Positions 48,746 through 60,730 of a DNA stretch of 64,000 bases are shown piece by piece. A program made the position numbers and the translations under genes. The notes under the pieces are model-generated. The model made no database searches, was not told the origin of the DNA, and saw only the letters and a program-made list of their open reading frames with translations. The DNA is from Octopus sinensis (lineage: Eukaryota), in assembly GCF_006345805.1 (NCBI RefSeq), contig NC_043003.1, forward strand, positions 89,590,001 through 89,654,000. Direction: 5' to 3'. How positions within the stretch are numbered: the stretch's first letter is position 1; every line of letters starts with the position of its first letter.

Positions 48746-48777
<32 letters not shown>

Positions 48778-50720
48778 TGTTGTATGTATGTATGTATGAG
48801 TATGTATGTATGTATGTATGTATGTATGTATGTATGTATGTATGTATGTATGTATGGTATGTATGTATGTATGTTGTATGTATGTATGTATGTATGTATG
48901 TATGATGTATGTATGTATGTATTATGTATGTATGTATGTATGTGGTATGTATGTATGTATGTATGTATGTATGTATGTATGTATGTATGTATGTATTATG
49001 TATGTATGTATGTATGTATGTATGTATTATGTATGTAGTATGTATGTAGTATGTATGTATGTTGTATGTATGTATGTATGTATGTATGTATGTATGTATG
49101 TATATGTATGTTAGTATGTATTATGTATGTAGTATGTATATGTATGTATGTAGTATGTATGTATGTATGTATGTAATGTATGTATGTATGTATGTATGTA
49201 TGTATGTATGTATGTTATGTATGTATGTATTATGTATGTATGGTATGTATGTATGTATGTATGTATGTATGTATGTTATGTATGTATGTATGTATGTATG
49301 TATGTATGTATGTATGTTATGTATGTGGTATGTATGTATGTATGTATGTATGTATGTATGTATATGTATGTATGTATGTATGTAGATGTATGTATGTATG
49401 TATGTATGTATTATGTATGTATGTATGTATGTATGTATGTATGTATGATGTATGTATGTATGTATGTATGTATGTATGTATGTATGTATGTATGTTATGT
49501 ATGTATGTATGTATGATGTATGTATGTATGTATGTATGTATGTATGTATGTTGTATGTATGTATGTATGTATGTATGTATTATGTTGTATGTATGTATGT
49601 ATGTATGATTATGTATGTATGTATGTATGTATGTATGTATGTATGTATGTATGTATGTATGTATGTATGTATGTATGTATGTATGTATGTATGTATGTAT
49701 GTATGTATGTATGTATGGTGTATGTAGGTATGTATGTATGTATGTATGTATGTATGTATGTATGTATGTATGTATGTATGGTATGTATGTATGTATGTAT
49801 GTATGTATGTATGATGTATTATGTATGTATGTATGTATGTATGTATGTATGTATGTATGTATGTATGTATGTATGTAGTTGTATGTATGTATGTATGTAT
49901 GTATGTATGTATGTATGTATGTATGTAGTGTATGTATTGTATGTATGTATGTATGTATGTATGTTGATGTATGTATGTATGTATGTAATGTATGTATGTT
50001 GTATGTATGTATGTATGTATGTATGTATGTATGTAGTTATGTATGTATGTATGTATGTATGTATGTATGTATGTATGTATGTATGTATGTATGTATGTAT
50101 GTATGTATGTATGTATGTATGTATGTATGTATGTATGTATGTAGGTATGTAGGTATGTATGTATGTATGTATGTATGTATGTATGTATGTATGTATGTAT
50201 GTATGTATGTATGTATGGTATGTATGTATGTATGTATGTATGTATGTATGTATGTATGTATGTATGTATGTATGTATGTATGTATGTATGTATGTATGTA
50301 TGTATGTGTGTATGTATGTATGTATGTAGTATGTATGTGTATGTATGTATGTATGTATGTATGTATGTATGTATGTATGTATGTATGTAGGTATGTATTA
50401 TGTATGTATGTATGTATGTATGTATGTATGTAGTATGTATGATGTATGATGTATGTATGTATGTATGTATGTATGTATGTATGTATGTATGTATGTAGGT
50501 ATGTTGTATGTATGGTATGTATGTATGTATGTATGTATGTATGTATGTATGTATGTATGTATGTTATGTATATTATGTATGTATGTATGTATGTATGTAG
50601 GTATGTAGGTATGTATGTATGTATGTATGTAATGTATGTATGTATGTATGTATATTATGTATGTATGTATGTATGTATGTAGTATGTATGTATGTATGTA
50701 TGTATGTTGTATGTAGTATG

Positions 50721-50751
<31 letters not shown>

Positions 50752-50769
50752 TGTATGTATGTATGTATG

Positions 50770-50800
<31 letters not shown>

Positions 50801-50960
50801 TGTAGTATGTATATGTATGTATGTATGGATATGTATGTATGTATGTAATGTATTATGTATGTATGTATGTCTGTGTATGTATGTATGTATGTATGTATGT
50901 ATGTATGTATGTATGTATGTATTATGTATGTGTGTGTATGTATGTATGTATGCATGTATG
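47123..50960. repeat. About 3.8-kb (TATG)n array
   Basis: Direct reading of the sequence. Interruptions are mostly 1-2 nt deletions. Confidence 0.97.
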
Positions 50961-51021
50961 TGTTTATGAATGTGTGTGTGTGTGCACGTGTGCGTGCAAG
51001 CAGTATGCATATATATATATA

Positions 51022-51343
51022 CTAGCAGTATCACCCGGCGTTGCTCGGGTTTGTAAGGGAAATAACTATAAAGCATTTTTAGAGAGTTATAGCCAAAAAA
51101 TAGCAAAAAAATGGGGGAAAAATGATGGTAAATTTTTATTTGAGAGTTAAAAGGTCGAGTTGCGTCCCCTAGACAGTCTGTGGTTTGTGTTTCTGATTCT
51201 CGACCCCATGTCGAATTTAATCGATTTTTTTCAGAACTGGGGGAACTTTTCAAAATTTTCGCTGCGTTAGTTTTGAATTATGACATTGAGCTATGTGTGT
51301 ATCAAGTTTCATCAGAATCGGTTGAAAGCCGTGGTCAGGGTGA

Positions 51344-51435
<92 letters not shown>
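51022..51435 (-). mobile_element. Non-autonomous Helitron-like element
   Basis: The minus-strand 3' end is ACCCGAGCAACGCCGGGT (hairpin) followed by GATACTGCTAG|T. The 5' end lies in (TA)n. Confidence 0.7.
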
Positions 51436-51453
51436 CATGTATTCATGTATGTA

Positions 51454-52723
51454 CGAGGGGTGTATGAAAAGTCTTTAGCCTCAAAAAAAACAAAACATAG
51501 TACAAGACTTCTGATGATTTATTTTTCAACATAATCCCCTTTGATGGCTGAACACTTTCTCCAGCAGTGTTGAAGTGCCATTATCCTGGCGTAGAGGAAC
51601 TCTTTTGTTTGAGACTCTAAGAAACTTCCTACAGTGTCTATGACCTCATTGTCACTGGCAGAATGGCGTCCATCCAGGGCTTTTTTTCATTTTTGGGAAT
51701 AGATGAAAGTCAGAGGGGGCTAAGTCTGGCGAATAAGGTGGATGGGGAACAAGTTTGTGTCCACAATCATGAATTGTTGCCATGGCAACCACTGAGGTGT
51801 CGGTTGGAGCATTGTCGTGATGAAAAAAGACTCCTCTGGTGAGCATTGCCGGTCTTTTTTCTTTGATTGCTTCTCGAAGGCATTTTAGTAGCCGACAATA
51901 ATACAGCCCCGTCACTGTGTGACCCTTTCAAGTTAATTGATCAGCAAGACAACTTGAGAATCCCAAAAACGGACATCATGACCTTGCCAGCTGAAGGAAT
52001 GACCCTGGCCTTCTTTGGGGGTAGGAGAAGATGAGTGCTTCAACTGCTTTGATTGTTCTTTGGTTTCAGGCTGGTAGTGATGAACCCAACTTTCGTCCAT
52101 AATAATGAAACGAGCAAGAAAATTCTCTTCATCGGCTTCAAACAGTTCCAGATTGCTCATGGACAAAGTGCCCCTGCTGCGTTTCTGTTCAGGAGTGAAA
52201 AGGCGAGGAGAACCCAAGTTCTTTTGTCAAAATGTTGTCTGCTCTTTCAGTTGAGATGCCCAGTCTCTCGGCTATCTGACGACATTATATTCAGTGATCT
52301 TGCATTAACATACCAAGAGCAAGGTCAAGGTTGTCCTCGGTGGTTGCAGTTGGAGGCCTCCCTGGTCAGAGATCATCTTCCACACTCTCCCTGCCATGCT
52401 GGAATTCATTTACCCATCGTTTGACTGTTGCATATGAAGGAGCATTGTCTGTTACGGTTCTCACCATATCTTCATGGACTTCTGATGGAGTCATGCCTTT
52501 CAAATGAAGGTACTTTATGACAGTACGTTACTCAGTTTTTCCCATTTTCCTTGTAACCTTGACACTTGTTTATTCAAAAATCTGCGACAAAAAAATTAAA
52601 ATATCAGAATCATGAAAATAAGCAAGAATACTCCGAAAAGACTGTACTTTCCAGAAAAAATTGTTTCAGCTACCTAGCAACCCCGTTTCTAGGTTAGGCT
52701 CAAAACTTTTCATACACCCCTCG
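51454..52723 (-). mobile_element. Mariner transposon, full length, decayed
   Basis: TIRs CGAGGGGTGTATGAAAAGT / ACTTTTCATACACCCCTCG. Motifs MDESWVHHYQPETK, HHDNAP and HPPYSPDLAPSDFHLF. Confidence 0.95.
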
Positions 52724-52990
52724 TGTATGTGTTTTCTAGAGTGCATGTAGATATGCATGCATATATGTATGTATAAACGAACAAATGTGTGTATATATGG
52801 ATGCATGCATGTGTTTGGCATGCAGGTGTACATGCGTGCACGTATGTATGCTCGTATGTACATATGATGTATGTTATATTTATGTATGCATGTATGTAAG
52901 CGCGTGCATTTATGCATGATGTATGTTTAATCTAAGTACGTATGTATGTTTATATGTATGTGTGCGTGCATAAACGTGTGTGTGTGTGTG

Positions 52991-53025
<35 letters not shown>

Positions 53026-53099
53026 TATAGCAGATTCGAAACCGAATCGCCCACTAATGTGACATATGCATCTAAAATCATCTTCTGACAAAAAGCCTA

Positions 53100-54640
53100 C
53101 CTATTTCCTTAAAATATTTTTGAAAATGAATTTGAAGAATTTATTCAAAATTAAATTTTAGATGTGATCTTCATAGCCTTAGTTCCAAATGAAATTTAAA
53201 GGATTCAATAATTAGATAACTATTCTTACCGTAAAACCTATTTGATAATAATCTTGGAGAAAAGCCATTCCTATTTGAGTATCGTACGTAGGATTTATAT
53301 CAGTCTATGTCACCATTGGCCATCCATACTTAGCATTAGCGCCTATAATAACTATTGTAAGTGTTTATTGTAACTTTCCCCGCTAACTTCAATGTATCTG
53401 AAAAGCTATTATCACTCTAAGGTAAGGTTACTTTATTCTAATTATGATAATGCTTGCTATATGTTTACCTAGTTTGGGATATAATCAGTAGGAAAGTTCT
53501 AAAGCTACATCATCTTCGCCTAAACCTTATAGAATTCTCTGTCTCTGAGTCACGCTTTGTTTCTATGAAGATGTCTGCTCCGAGGATATATTACAATATC
53601 TATCTTACAGAGTGTCGGGTTTTGGCTACCAATTACAGTATTAAACCGTCTTTTGTTCATTTAATGTGCATAAGTTGTGACTGTCGAACGAGTCGTCTTT
53701 TTTCTTTATTATTTTTCTTTGACAACTTCGATAGAATTTCTTGTATTTTTAACCTATGTAGCAAAGGGTGTCTTACAACTCATTTTTAAAGATATGTTTT
53801 GTGTTTGTTGCTAAAATAATATACATTATACGATGTGTGTTGTTATAAATCCCCCAAATTGATAACTATCTCTGGGCCCCACCCCCAAATTCGTTGTCTG
53901 CAGTCAACATTAGTGGATCGAAGGAGAAGCCTAAATGACCCCCCACTTCGTAATTACGAATTTCTTACATTTTTTTCCGAAAATATCTAAAAAAAATCGA
54001 TATTTTAAAACTTATGATCTTAAAATTCGGTCCCAGTATATAATTTTTGTCCTCAATAAATATATTTGGAGGAAACCAGGATTCTAGAGACTCTTTTATA
54101 AATAATCTTTTGGAAATTAACTTATATTAATGTATAAACATATGTTTTCAAAACAAAACAGTTCCGAAACTTTGGTAGATTTCATCTCCAGTAATGTTCA
54201 CACTGATAATAATGTTTATTTGGGTTATTTATTAATGTTTCCATTAATAAAGTTGTTGGAGTTAAGTGTTGATGTGAGGAGAAACATGAAGGGAGCCTTC
54301 ATTTTCTGTGTAAGGGATTTAGTTAGCATTTAGATGATGACCACTAATGGGATATACCACGCACTTCTAGCGATAATTTTTGCGTTGTTAATTTAAGCAA
54401 AACCATTCATTGTGGTATTCAATCTTAAAAACTATTGTTGGTGAAAACCATACTAATTAGAATTATATTTTCCAAAATTCTTTCTTATTATCAAATGAAA
54501 TGCTTTTGTAGGTTTCATTACCTGGTTTGAGCTATTTAAATTTACTTCGCTCATAAATGTTCCGAGGAAAGCATGGACATTTCAACATTTTCCCCACTCT
54601 TCTTTTAATCGGATACCTTGTTATATAAGAAATTCATTGT
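53100..54640 (-). mobile_element. Possible very old Penelope-type RT remnants
   Basis: Weak residues near 53180-53330 (NPTY...MAFL, YEDHI) resemble the Penelope RT motifs. Many stops. Confidence 0.3.
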
Positions 54641-55065
54641 AGTAAAAAAAAATGGTTTCTATCAAAATAAATGTGGGACCCTTTATACAAAGCAGTAAAC
54701 TAGATCAGACTTCTGATAATTTGATTTTTGGATAATTTTTAATCTTTAGTGTGCAATGATATATAAATATTATGCATCTCTTATATAAAATGGAAAGCCT
54801 TTTTGACTGGTCGTAAGGAATTAGTTTTCTTGGGACATTATTTCTTATAAAAAGAAATTAATATTTATGAGCGATGTTTGGTTGATTGTAGCAAACAATT
54901 TATATATATATATATATATAAATATATATATATAATGTATATCTAAGACTGATCATTTACCTGTATGTGGAGATGGGAGACAAATAACAATAATAATTGT
55001 TATTATATTTGCAGCAAGTCGCTTAAATGCTGAAAGTCATTTCCAGAAGTGCTTCAGAATCCGTA

Positions 55066-55100
<35 letters not shown>

Positions 55101-55130
55101 GTGCGTGTGTATATATATATATATATATAT

Positions 55131-55477
55131 AACATTATTGGTGAATTGAAGAAATGGAGCTGAACGCAGATTGAACAGAAATCGTTTTATTTCATTCTAC
55201 ACGTGTTTCGAAAGGCACAAATTACCAAAATCCGATTGAATAATGGGACCATATTGTGTCTTTCTCTTCAGGAAGAAAAAAGGAAATCCGTTGGAAAAAC
55301 AAAAACAGAACAGAGGCGGAGCAAAAAACAAATCGAACTGTGCTCCTAAGAGCCCATGGTCCCATTATTCAATCGGATTTTGGTAATTGTGCCTTTCGAA
55401 AACACGTCTAGAATGAAATAAAACGATTTCTGTTCAATCTGCGTTCAGCTCCATTTCTTCAATTCACCAATAATGTT
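55131..55477. repeat. Inverted repeat (about 120-bp arms, about 100-nt spacer) overlapping a hammerhead motif
   Basis: AACATTATTGGTGAATTGAAG...AATGGGACCAT is mirrored at 55355-55477. Confidence 0.92.
55195..55274 (-). ncRNA. Hammerhead ribozyme motif with a long stem II
   Basis: TTC-CTGAAGA-GAAAGACACAA...TTGTGCCTTTC-GAA-ACACGTGT-A-GAA. Confidence 0.8.
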
Positions 55478-55558
55478 TTAATTTCAATTATCCGCACCAA
55501 CGCACGGTTGCAACGCCAGATGGTTGTACCTCAACCGTGCTGTTTACTGCTGTGATTT

Positions 55559-55658
55559 NNNNNNNNNNNNNNNNNNNNNNNNNNNNNNNNNNNNNNNNNN
55601 NNNNNNNNNNNNNNNNNNNNNNNNNNNNNNNNNNNNNNNNNNNNNNNNNNNNNNNNNN
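55559..55658. other. Assembly gap (100 N)
   Basis: A run of exactly 100 N, typical of a scaffold join of unknown size. Confidence 0.99.
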
Positions 55659-55664
55659 GTACGC

Positions 55665-55912
55665 TTATGTCTCCTGGCCTTGACATTGCATGATAGTTGT
55701 ACATGAGTGCAAGTATCAGTGTCATACAAGCAGTGCCTTTCATTTCCAATTTTCTGCAAAAATGTCTGGTTATGTGGAGATATTACCCTAGTTGGAAACA
55801 GGTGAGGGTTGGTGACAGGAATAGCATTTGACCATTGAAAATTTGCCTCAACAAATTTTATTTGACCCATGCAAACATAGAGAAGTTGATATCAAAACAA
55901 AGACGATGACTT
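55665..55912 (+). mobile_element. Diverged SINE with an RTE-like 3' part
   Basis: GGTTGGTGACAGGAATAGCAT...GACCCATGCAAACAT...GACGATGAC tail. Confidence 0.5.
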
Positions 55913-56039
55913 AATTTTTCATCATATCCAAGCGCTTTTGTGTCCATCTTTGACATGAGAATGCTAACTATTTTTCCCTCACATAAAAACATAAATATTT
56001 AAAATTAAATACATATAATTTTTTTAATACGAATAAAAA

Positions 56040-56750
56040 TTAGCAACTTTCTAGAATATCTTCAGTGTGTGACTTTATATGTTCTTTTAAATGAGAATTT
56101 TGGGAGAAACTCTTGTCACATATTTGACAGAGAAAACTCTTTTCTCTAGAATGTGTTTTGCGGTGTTCTTTTAAATGGGAATTTCTCGAAAATTCCTTAC
56201 CACATATCTCACAATGATAGGGTTTTTCACCTGTATGAGTTCTTATATGTTCCTTCAAATAGGAACTTTGAGAAAAATCTTTGCCACATATTTCACAATG
56301 ATAAGGTTTTTCTCCAGTATGTGTTTTTATATGTTCTTTTAGATGAGAATTTCGAGCAAATTCTTTCCCACAGATTTGGCAACAGAATGGTTTTTCACCA
56401 GTATGAATCCTTATGTGCCTCTTTAATGTTGAATTATCAACAAAATCTTTACCACAAATATCACAGTGGAATGGTCTTTCTCCAGTGTGAGTTCTTATAT
56501 GACGGCTTAAAAGAGAATTTCTGGAAAATTCTTTTCTGCATATATCACACCGGTAAGGTTTCTCACCACTGTGAGTTTTAATATGCTTCCTTAAATTAGA
56601 GTTTTGTGAGAATACCTTTCCACAGATATCACAACTGAAAGATTTCTCTCCATTGTGAGTCCTCATATGAAATTTCAAGTCACTGCTGTGTAAAAAATCT
56701 TTTTCGCATATTTCACAATAAAATGGCTTTATTCCAAAATTTCTCTGCAT
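56040..56750 (-). CDS. C2H2 zinc-finger protein with 8 tandem fingers
   Basis: Eight CxxC-x12-HxxxH units with TGEKP-type linkers and an intact frame. Candidate splice acceptor TTTTCTAATTTCAG with the exon starting at 56893. Confidence 0.93.
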   Translation of the reverse strand: MQRNFGIKPFYCEICEKDFLHSSDLKFHMRTHNGEKSFSCDICGKVFSQNSNLRKHIKTHSGEKPYRCDICRKEFSRNSLLSRHIRTHTGERPFHCDICGKDFVDNSTLKRHIRIHTGEKPFCCQICGKEFARNSHLKEHIKTHTGEKPYHCEICGKDFSQSSYLKEHIRTHTGEKPYHCEICGKEFSRNSHLKEHRKTHSREKSFLCQICDKSFSQNSHLKEHIKSHTEDILESC

Positions 56751-56989
56751 ATTTTTATAAGATTCCTCCTGAAGATTACAAATTAAAAGGGTTTCTTATT
56801 TTTCTGATTTTGAGAAGTCTGTCAAACAAGATTCTTGATTCCAACTTACCAACAGTTGTCTGTTGGTAAATTTGTTCCTTTTGAAATCAAATCCTGAAAT
56901 TAGAAAATGGATAATTTCAACATTTCTCAATGCAGCAGAAAATAGAACAAATAATAAAATACTAAAAAATACTGAAGAGGTGTAGTTGT

Positions 56990-57128
56990 AGGCACAGACA
57001 TGGCTGGATGGTTAAGAAGTTAGCTTCTCAATAACATAGTTTTGGGTTCAGTCCCACTGTATAGCACCTGAACAAAAGTCTTCTATTTTAGTTCCAGGCC
57101 AACTAGTCTTGTGAGTGGATTTGATGGA
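56990..57128 (+). mobile_element. Major-family SINE head, diverged
   Basis: GGCACAGACATGGCTGGATGGTTAAGAAG...GGTTCAGTCCCACTG...GTGAGTGGATTTG. Confidence 0.75.
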
Positions 57129-57140
57129 TGTATATATATA

Positions 57141-57518
57141 CTATTATTCTTTAACTTCTTTCAGTCATTTGACTGTGGCCATACTGGAGCACCACCTTTA
57201 GGACTTACGGTTTGTAAGCCTAGTACTTATTCTATCAGTCTCTTTGTGCCGAGCCACTAAGTGACGGGGACGTAAACACACCAACATCAGTTTTCAAGCG
57301 ATGGTGGAGAGTCAAACACAGACACAAATATATACATATATATTTATATATATACAACAGGCTTCTGTCAGTTTCTGTCCAACAAATCCACTCACAAGGC
57401 TTTGGTCGGCCTGAGGCTATAGTAGAAGACACTTGCCCAAGGTGCCATGCAGTGGGACTGAACCCAGAACTGTGTGGTTGGGAAGCAAGCTTCTTACCAC
57501 ACAGCCACTCCTGCACCT
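57141..57518 (-). mobile_element. Major-family SINE, CpG-depleted
   Basis: Reverse complement of the 42796 element with many CG>TG/CA changes. Confidence 0.9.
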
Positions 57519-58189
57519 ATATATGTGTGTGTGTATGTGTAAATGCTGAATGACAAGAATGAGTGCACAACACCACATTGGTGGATAGAATTTCTCTGTT
57601 TGTGTATTAAGGTTAACATTGGTTTCATGTTAAGAAAAATATTTTAATATTTCAACAAATTTTCATGTTTAATCACATGGAGGAATGGTGTTCATCTCCA
57701 TTTTGGATGAAAACACAATGTCTAATTGAGACAAAGATGAGAGTTTGTATTTACATCCAAAATAATGGAGACAAACACCATTTCTCCATGTGATTGGCTT
57801 GAAAAATTATCAAGATATTTTTCTAAATAAGAAACCAACGGTAGCCTTAAAATGCAACACATACACACACATATATTTCCTGGCTTTCCATTGGTTATGA
57901 CAAGTGTTTCAGTTAGTTTGATCAATCAACAGCCTGCTTGGGAAATTAACATACAAGTAGCTGAGTACTCTACAAACATGTGTATTTTTAATGCAGTTCT
58001 CAGCGAGATTCAGCATGACACAGAATGTGACAAAGCTGGCCTTTACAACTCATTTTTTCCAACTGAATTGATTGGGCATGAGATGTTTCTTAGAGTATAA
58101 TGGGTTTAAGAAATGGTCTTACTCAGTCACAAGTTGATTTCCACCATGTGTGTAGACATGTGTGAGTGTGTGGTAGTTGTAAATGACTT

Positions 58190-59180
58190 GTACTTTATTT
58201 TATTAACCTCAAAATGAAGAAAGACAAAGTTGACCTCAATGGGATTTGAATTCAGAACATTCTGGAAGAAATGCTGCTAAGCATTTTGTACAACACACTA
58301 ACTTGCTGTCCTGATAATGGTTTCAAATTTTGGCACAAAGCGAGGAGGTAAGTTGATTACATCGACCCCAGTGTTTAATTGATCTCAAAAGGATGAAAAG
58401 CAAAGTCAACCTAGGTGGCATTTGAACTCAATGTAAAGACAGACAAAATGCCACTAGGCATTTCATCTGGCATGCAAATGATTCTGCCAACTCACAGTCT
58501 TAATAATAATAGCTTCAAATTTTGGTACAAGACCAGAAATTTTAGTGGGAGATTAGTCGATTATATCAATTCCAGTGCAAAACTGGTACTTATTCACTCT
58601 GGAAAAATGAAAGGCAAAGTCAAACTCAGCAGCATTTGAATTGAGAATGTAACATGTTTGAAGAAATATCACTAAGTTTGAGGCAGTAACGGACATGCCA
58701 GTTCACTGCCTTAATAATAATCATAATAATTCTTTCTACTGTAGGCACACAGCCTGAAATTTTTTAGGGGAGGGGACTAGTCGATTACATTGATACCAGT
58801 GCTCAAATGGTACTTATTTCATTGACCCCAAGAAAGGCAAAGTTGACCTCAGCTGAATTTGAACTCAGAACGTAGAGACAGATAAAATGTTGCTAAATGA
58901 TTTCTCTGGCATGCTAATAATTCTGCCAGATTGCCTTATAATAATAATAATCCTTTCTACTATGAGTACAAGGTCTGAAATTTTGGGGGAGGGGAAAGTC
59001 AATTACATCGACCCCAGTGCGTAACTGGTACTTATTTCATCGACCCTGAAAGAATGAAAGGCAAAGATGACCTCGGTGAAATTTGAACTCAGAACATAAA
59101 GGCAGACAAAATACTGCTAAGCATTTCGCCTGGTGTGCTAACGACTTTGCCAGCTTGTCTTATAATAATAATAATAATAA
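58190..59180 (-). mobile_element. Head-to-tail array of about five second-family SINEs separated by (TAA)n
   Basis: Repeated AAAGGCAAAGTTGACCTC...ATTTGAACTCAGAA cores near 58220, 58395, 58610, 58833 and 59057. Confidence 0.85.
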
Positions 59181-60078
59181 TATACTGAAGTGTTAGATGG
59201 TGCAGTAGTCTGGATATTGTAATTTGCTGCTATTTAACTTGTTGATACCAACAAAAAATTCGTAAATATCTAGTCTGAAACTAACAAAAACATCAATAAG
59301 GATTTCTATTTCATGATGAGATGAACATAATGTTCATCAATGCTCAGAAATTTATTGTCTGGAGATAATGAGGTAATAGCAAATTTTAACAGCAACTCTA
59401 AAGGGATTTAAAATATTTTTTAGCAATATTTCAGTTGACATATTTTCCTCAGCCGAATAAAATTACTTTGGAGTATGCTTTTAATAACATAGGGAATATC
59501 AGAAAACATGGCTTACATACAATCATTAGAATTAAGCTTTAATCAAATTTTTGGTGCTTATACGCAATGATGATATGAATAATAATTTCAAAAGAAAAAT
59601 ATAAACTTTAAAAAATTTAATAAAACAAATTTCTTATTTGTATGTTTGCAAGAAATATATTTCAATATTTTTCTAAATGTTATCAATATATTTGTAATCC
59701 CCTCCATCAAAAACCTATCTCAGCAAAATTTCATTAAAAGACGTGTACTTTACAGAAAGTTATGATACTCATCCTGCATCTCTTATGTTAGCTTTCTCTC
59801 TCTCATATATATATATATATATATGATGTAAAGTGTGACCGAAGAAATCAACCAACGAACCAACATTTATATAAGCTATTATTAAATGGAGTAAAGAGAA
59901 AATTAAAAAGTAATATAATTGCTATTATCAGTTCACTGCGCAAAAGACATTTGGAATTTATCTATTTTCTTTCCCTTGTAAGATACGCTGGTACTTTTGT
60001 TACCAAAGTACTGTGAACAAAGCCACATGTACTTTGTAGGGATAGTAAGGAAACCACTGGACTGAAAATCAAATTTAT

Positions 60079-60524
60079 AGGAGTGGCTGTGTGGTAAGTA
60101 ATAGGTGTAGGAGTGGCTCTGTGTAAAGTAGCTTGCTTACCAACCACATGGTTCCGGGTTCAGTCCCACTGCGTGGCACCATGGGAAAGTGTCTTTTACT
60201 ATAGCCTCGGGCCGACCAAAGCCTTGTGAGTGAATTTGGTAGACGGAAACTTAAAGAAGCCTGTCGTATATATGTATAAATATATATATGTATGTGTGTG
60301 TGTGTATATGTTTGTGTGTCTGTGTTTGTCCTCCCCAACAACGCTTGACAACAGATGCTGGTGTGTTTACATCCCCGTAACTTAGCGGTTCAGCAAAAAT
60401 GACCGATAGAATAAGTACTAGGCTTACAGAGAATAAGTCCTGGGGTTGATTTGCTCAACTAAAAGGTGGTGCTCCTGCATGGCCACAGTCAAATGACTGA
60501 AACAAGTAAAAGAGTAAAAGAGTA
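60079..60524 (+). mobile_element. Major-family SINE with a duplicated 5' head
   Basis: AGGAGTGGCTGTGTGGTAAGTA precedes a second AGGAGTGGCT head. Full body and tail follow. Confidence 0.9.
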
Positions 60525-60532
60525 TCATCAAA

Positions 60533-60730
60533 GCACAAAGCATGAAATTTTGGGGAAGTGGGGATAGTTGATGACATCAACCCCAGTACTTGACTGGTAC
60601 TTATTATATAGGCCTTAAAGGATGAAAGGCAAAGCTGGCTTCAGTGGCATTTGAACTCAGAATGTAAAGCCAAAAGAAATATCACTAAGCATTTTATCCA
60701 GTACAGTAACGATTTTGCCAGCTTGCCAAT
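60533..60730 (-). mobile_element. Second-family SINE
   Basis: GCACAAAGCATGAAATTTTGGGG...GGATGAAAGGCAAAG...ATTTGAACTCAGAATG. Confidence 0.75.

Noticed and set aside
55524-55870. ORFs spanning the N run, and linkage across the gap
   Set aside because: Artefacts of the scaffold gap. Adjacency of the two sides is not established at base level.
59312-59350. ATGATGA followed by hairpin GATGAACA-TAA-TGTTCATC
   Set aside because: No GAAA directly after the stem and no palindromic stem III.
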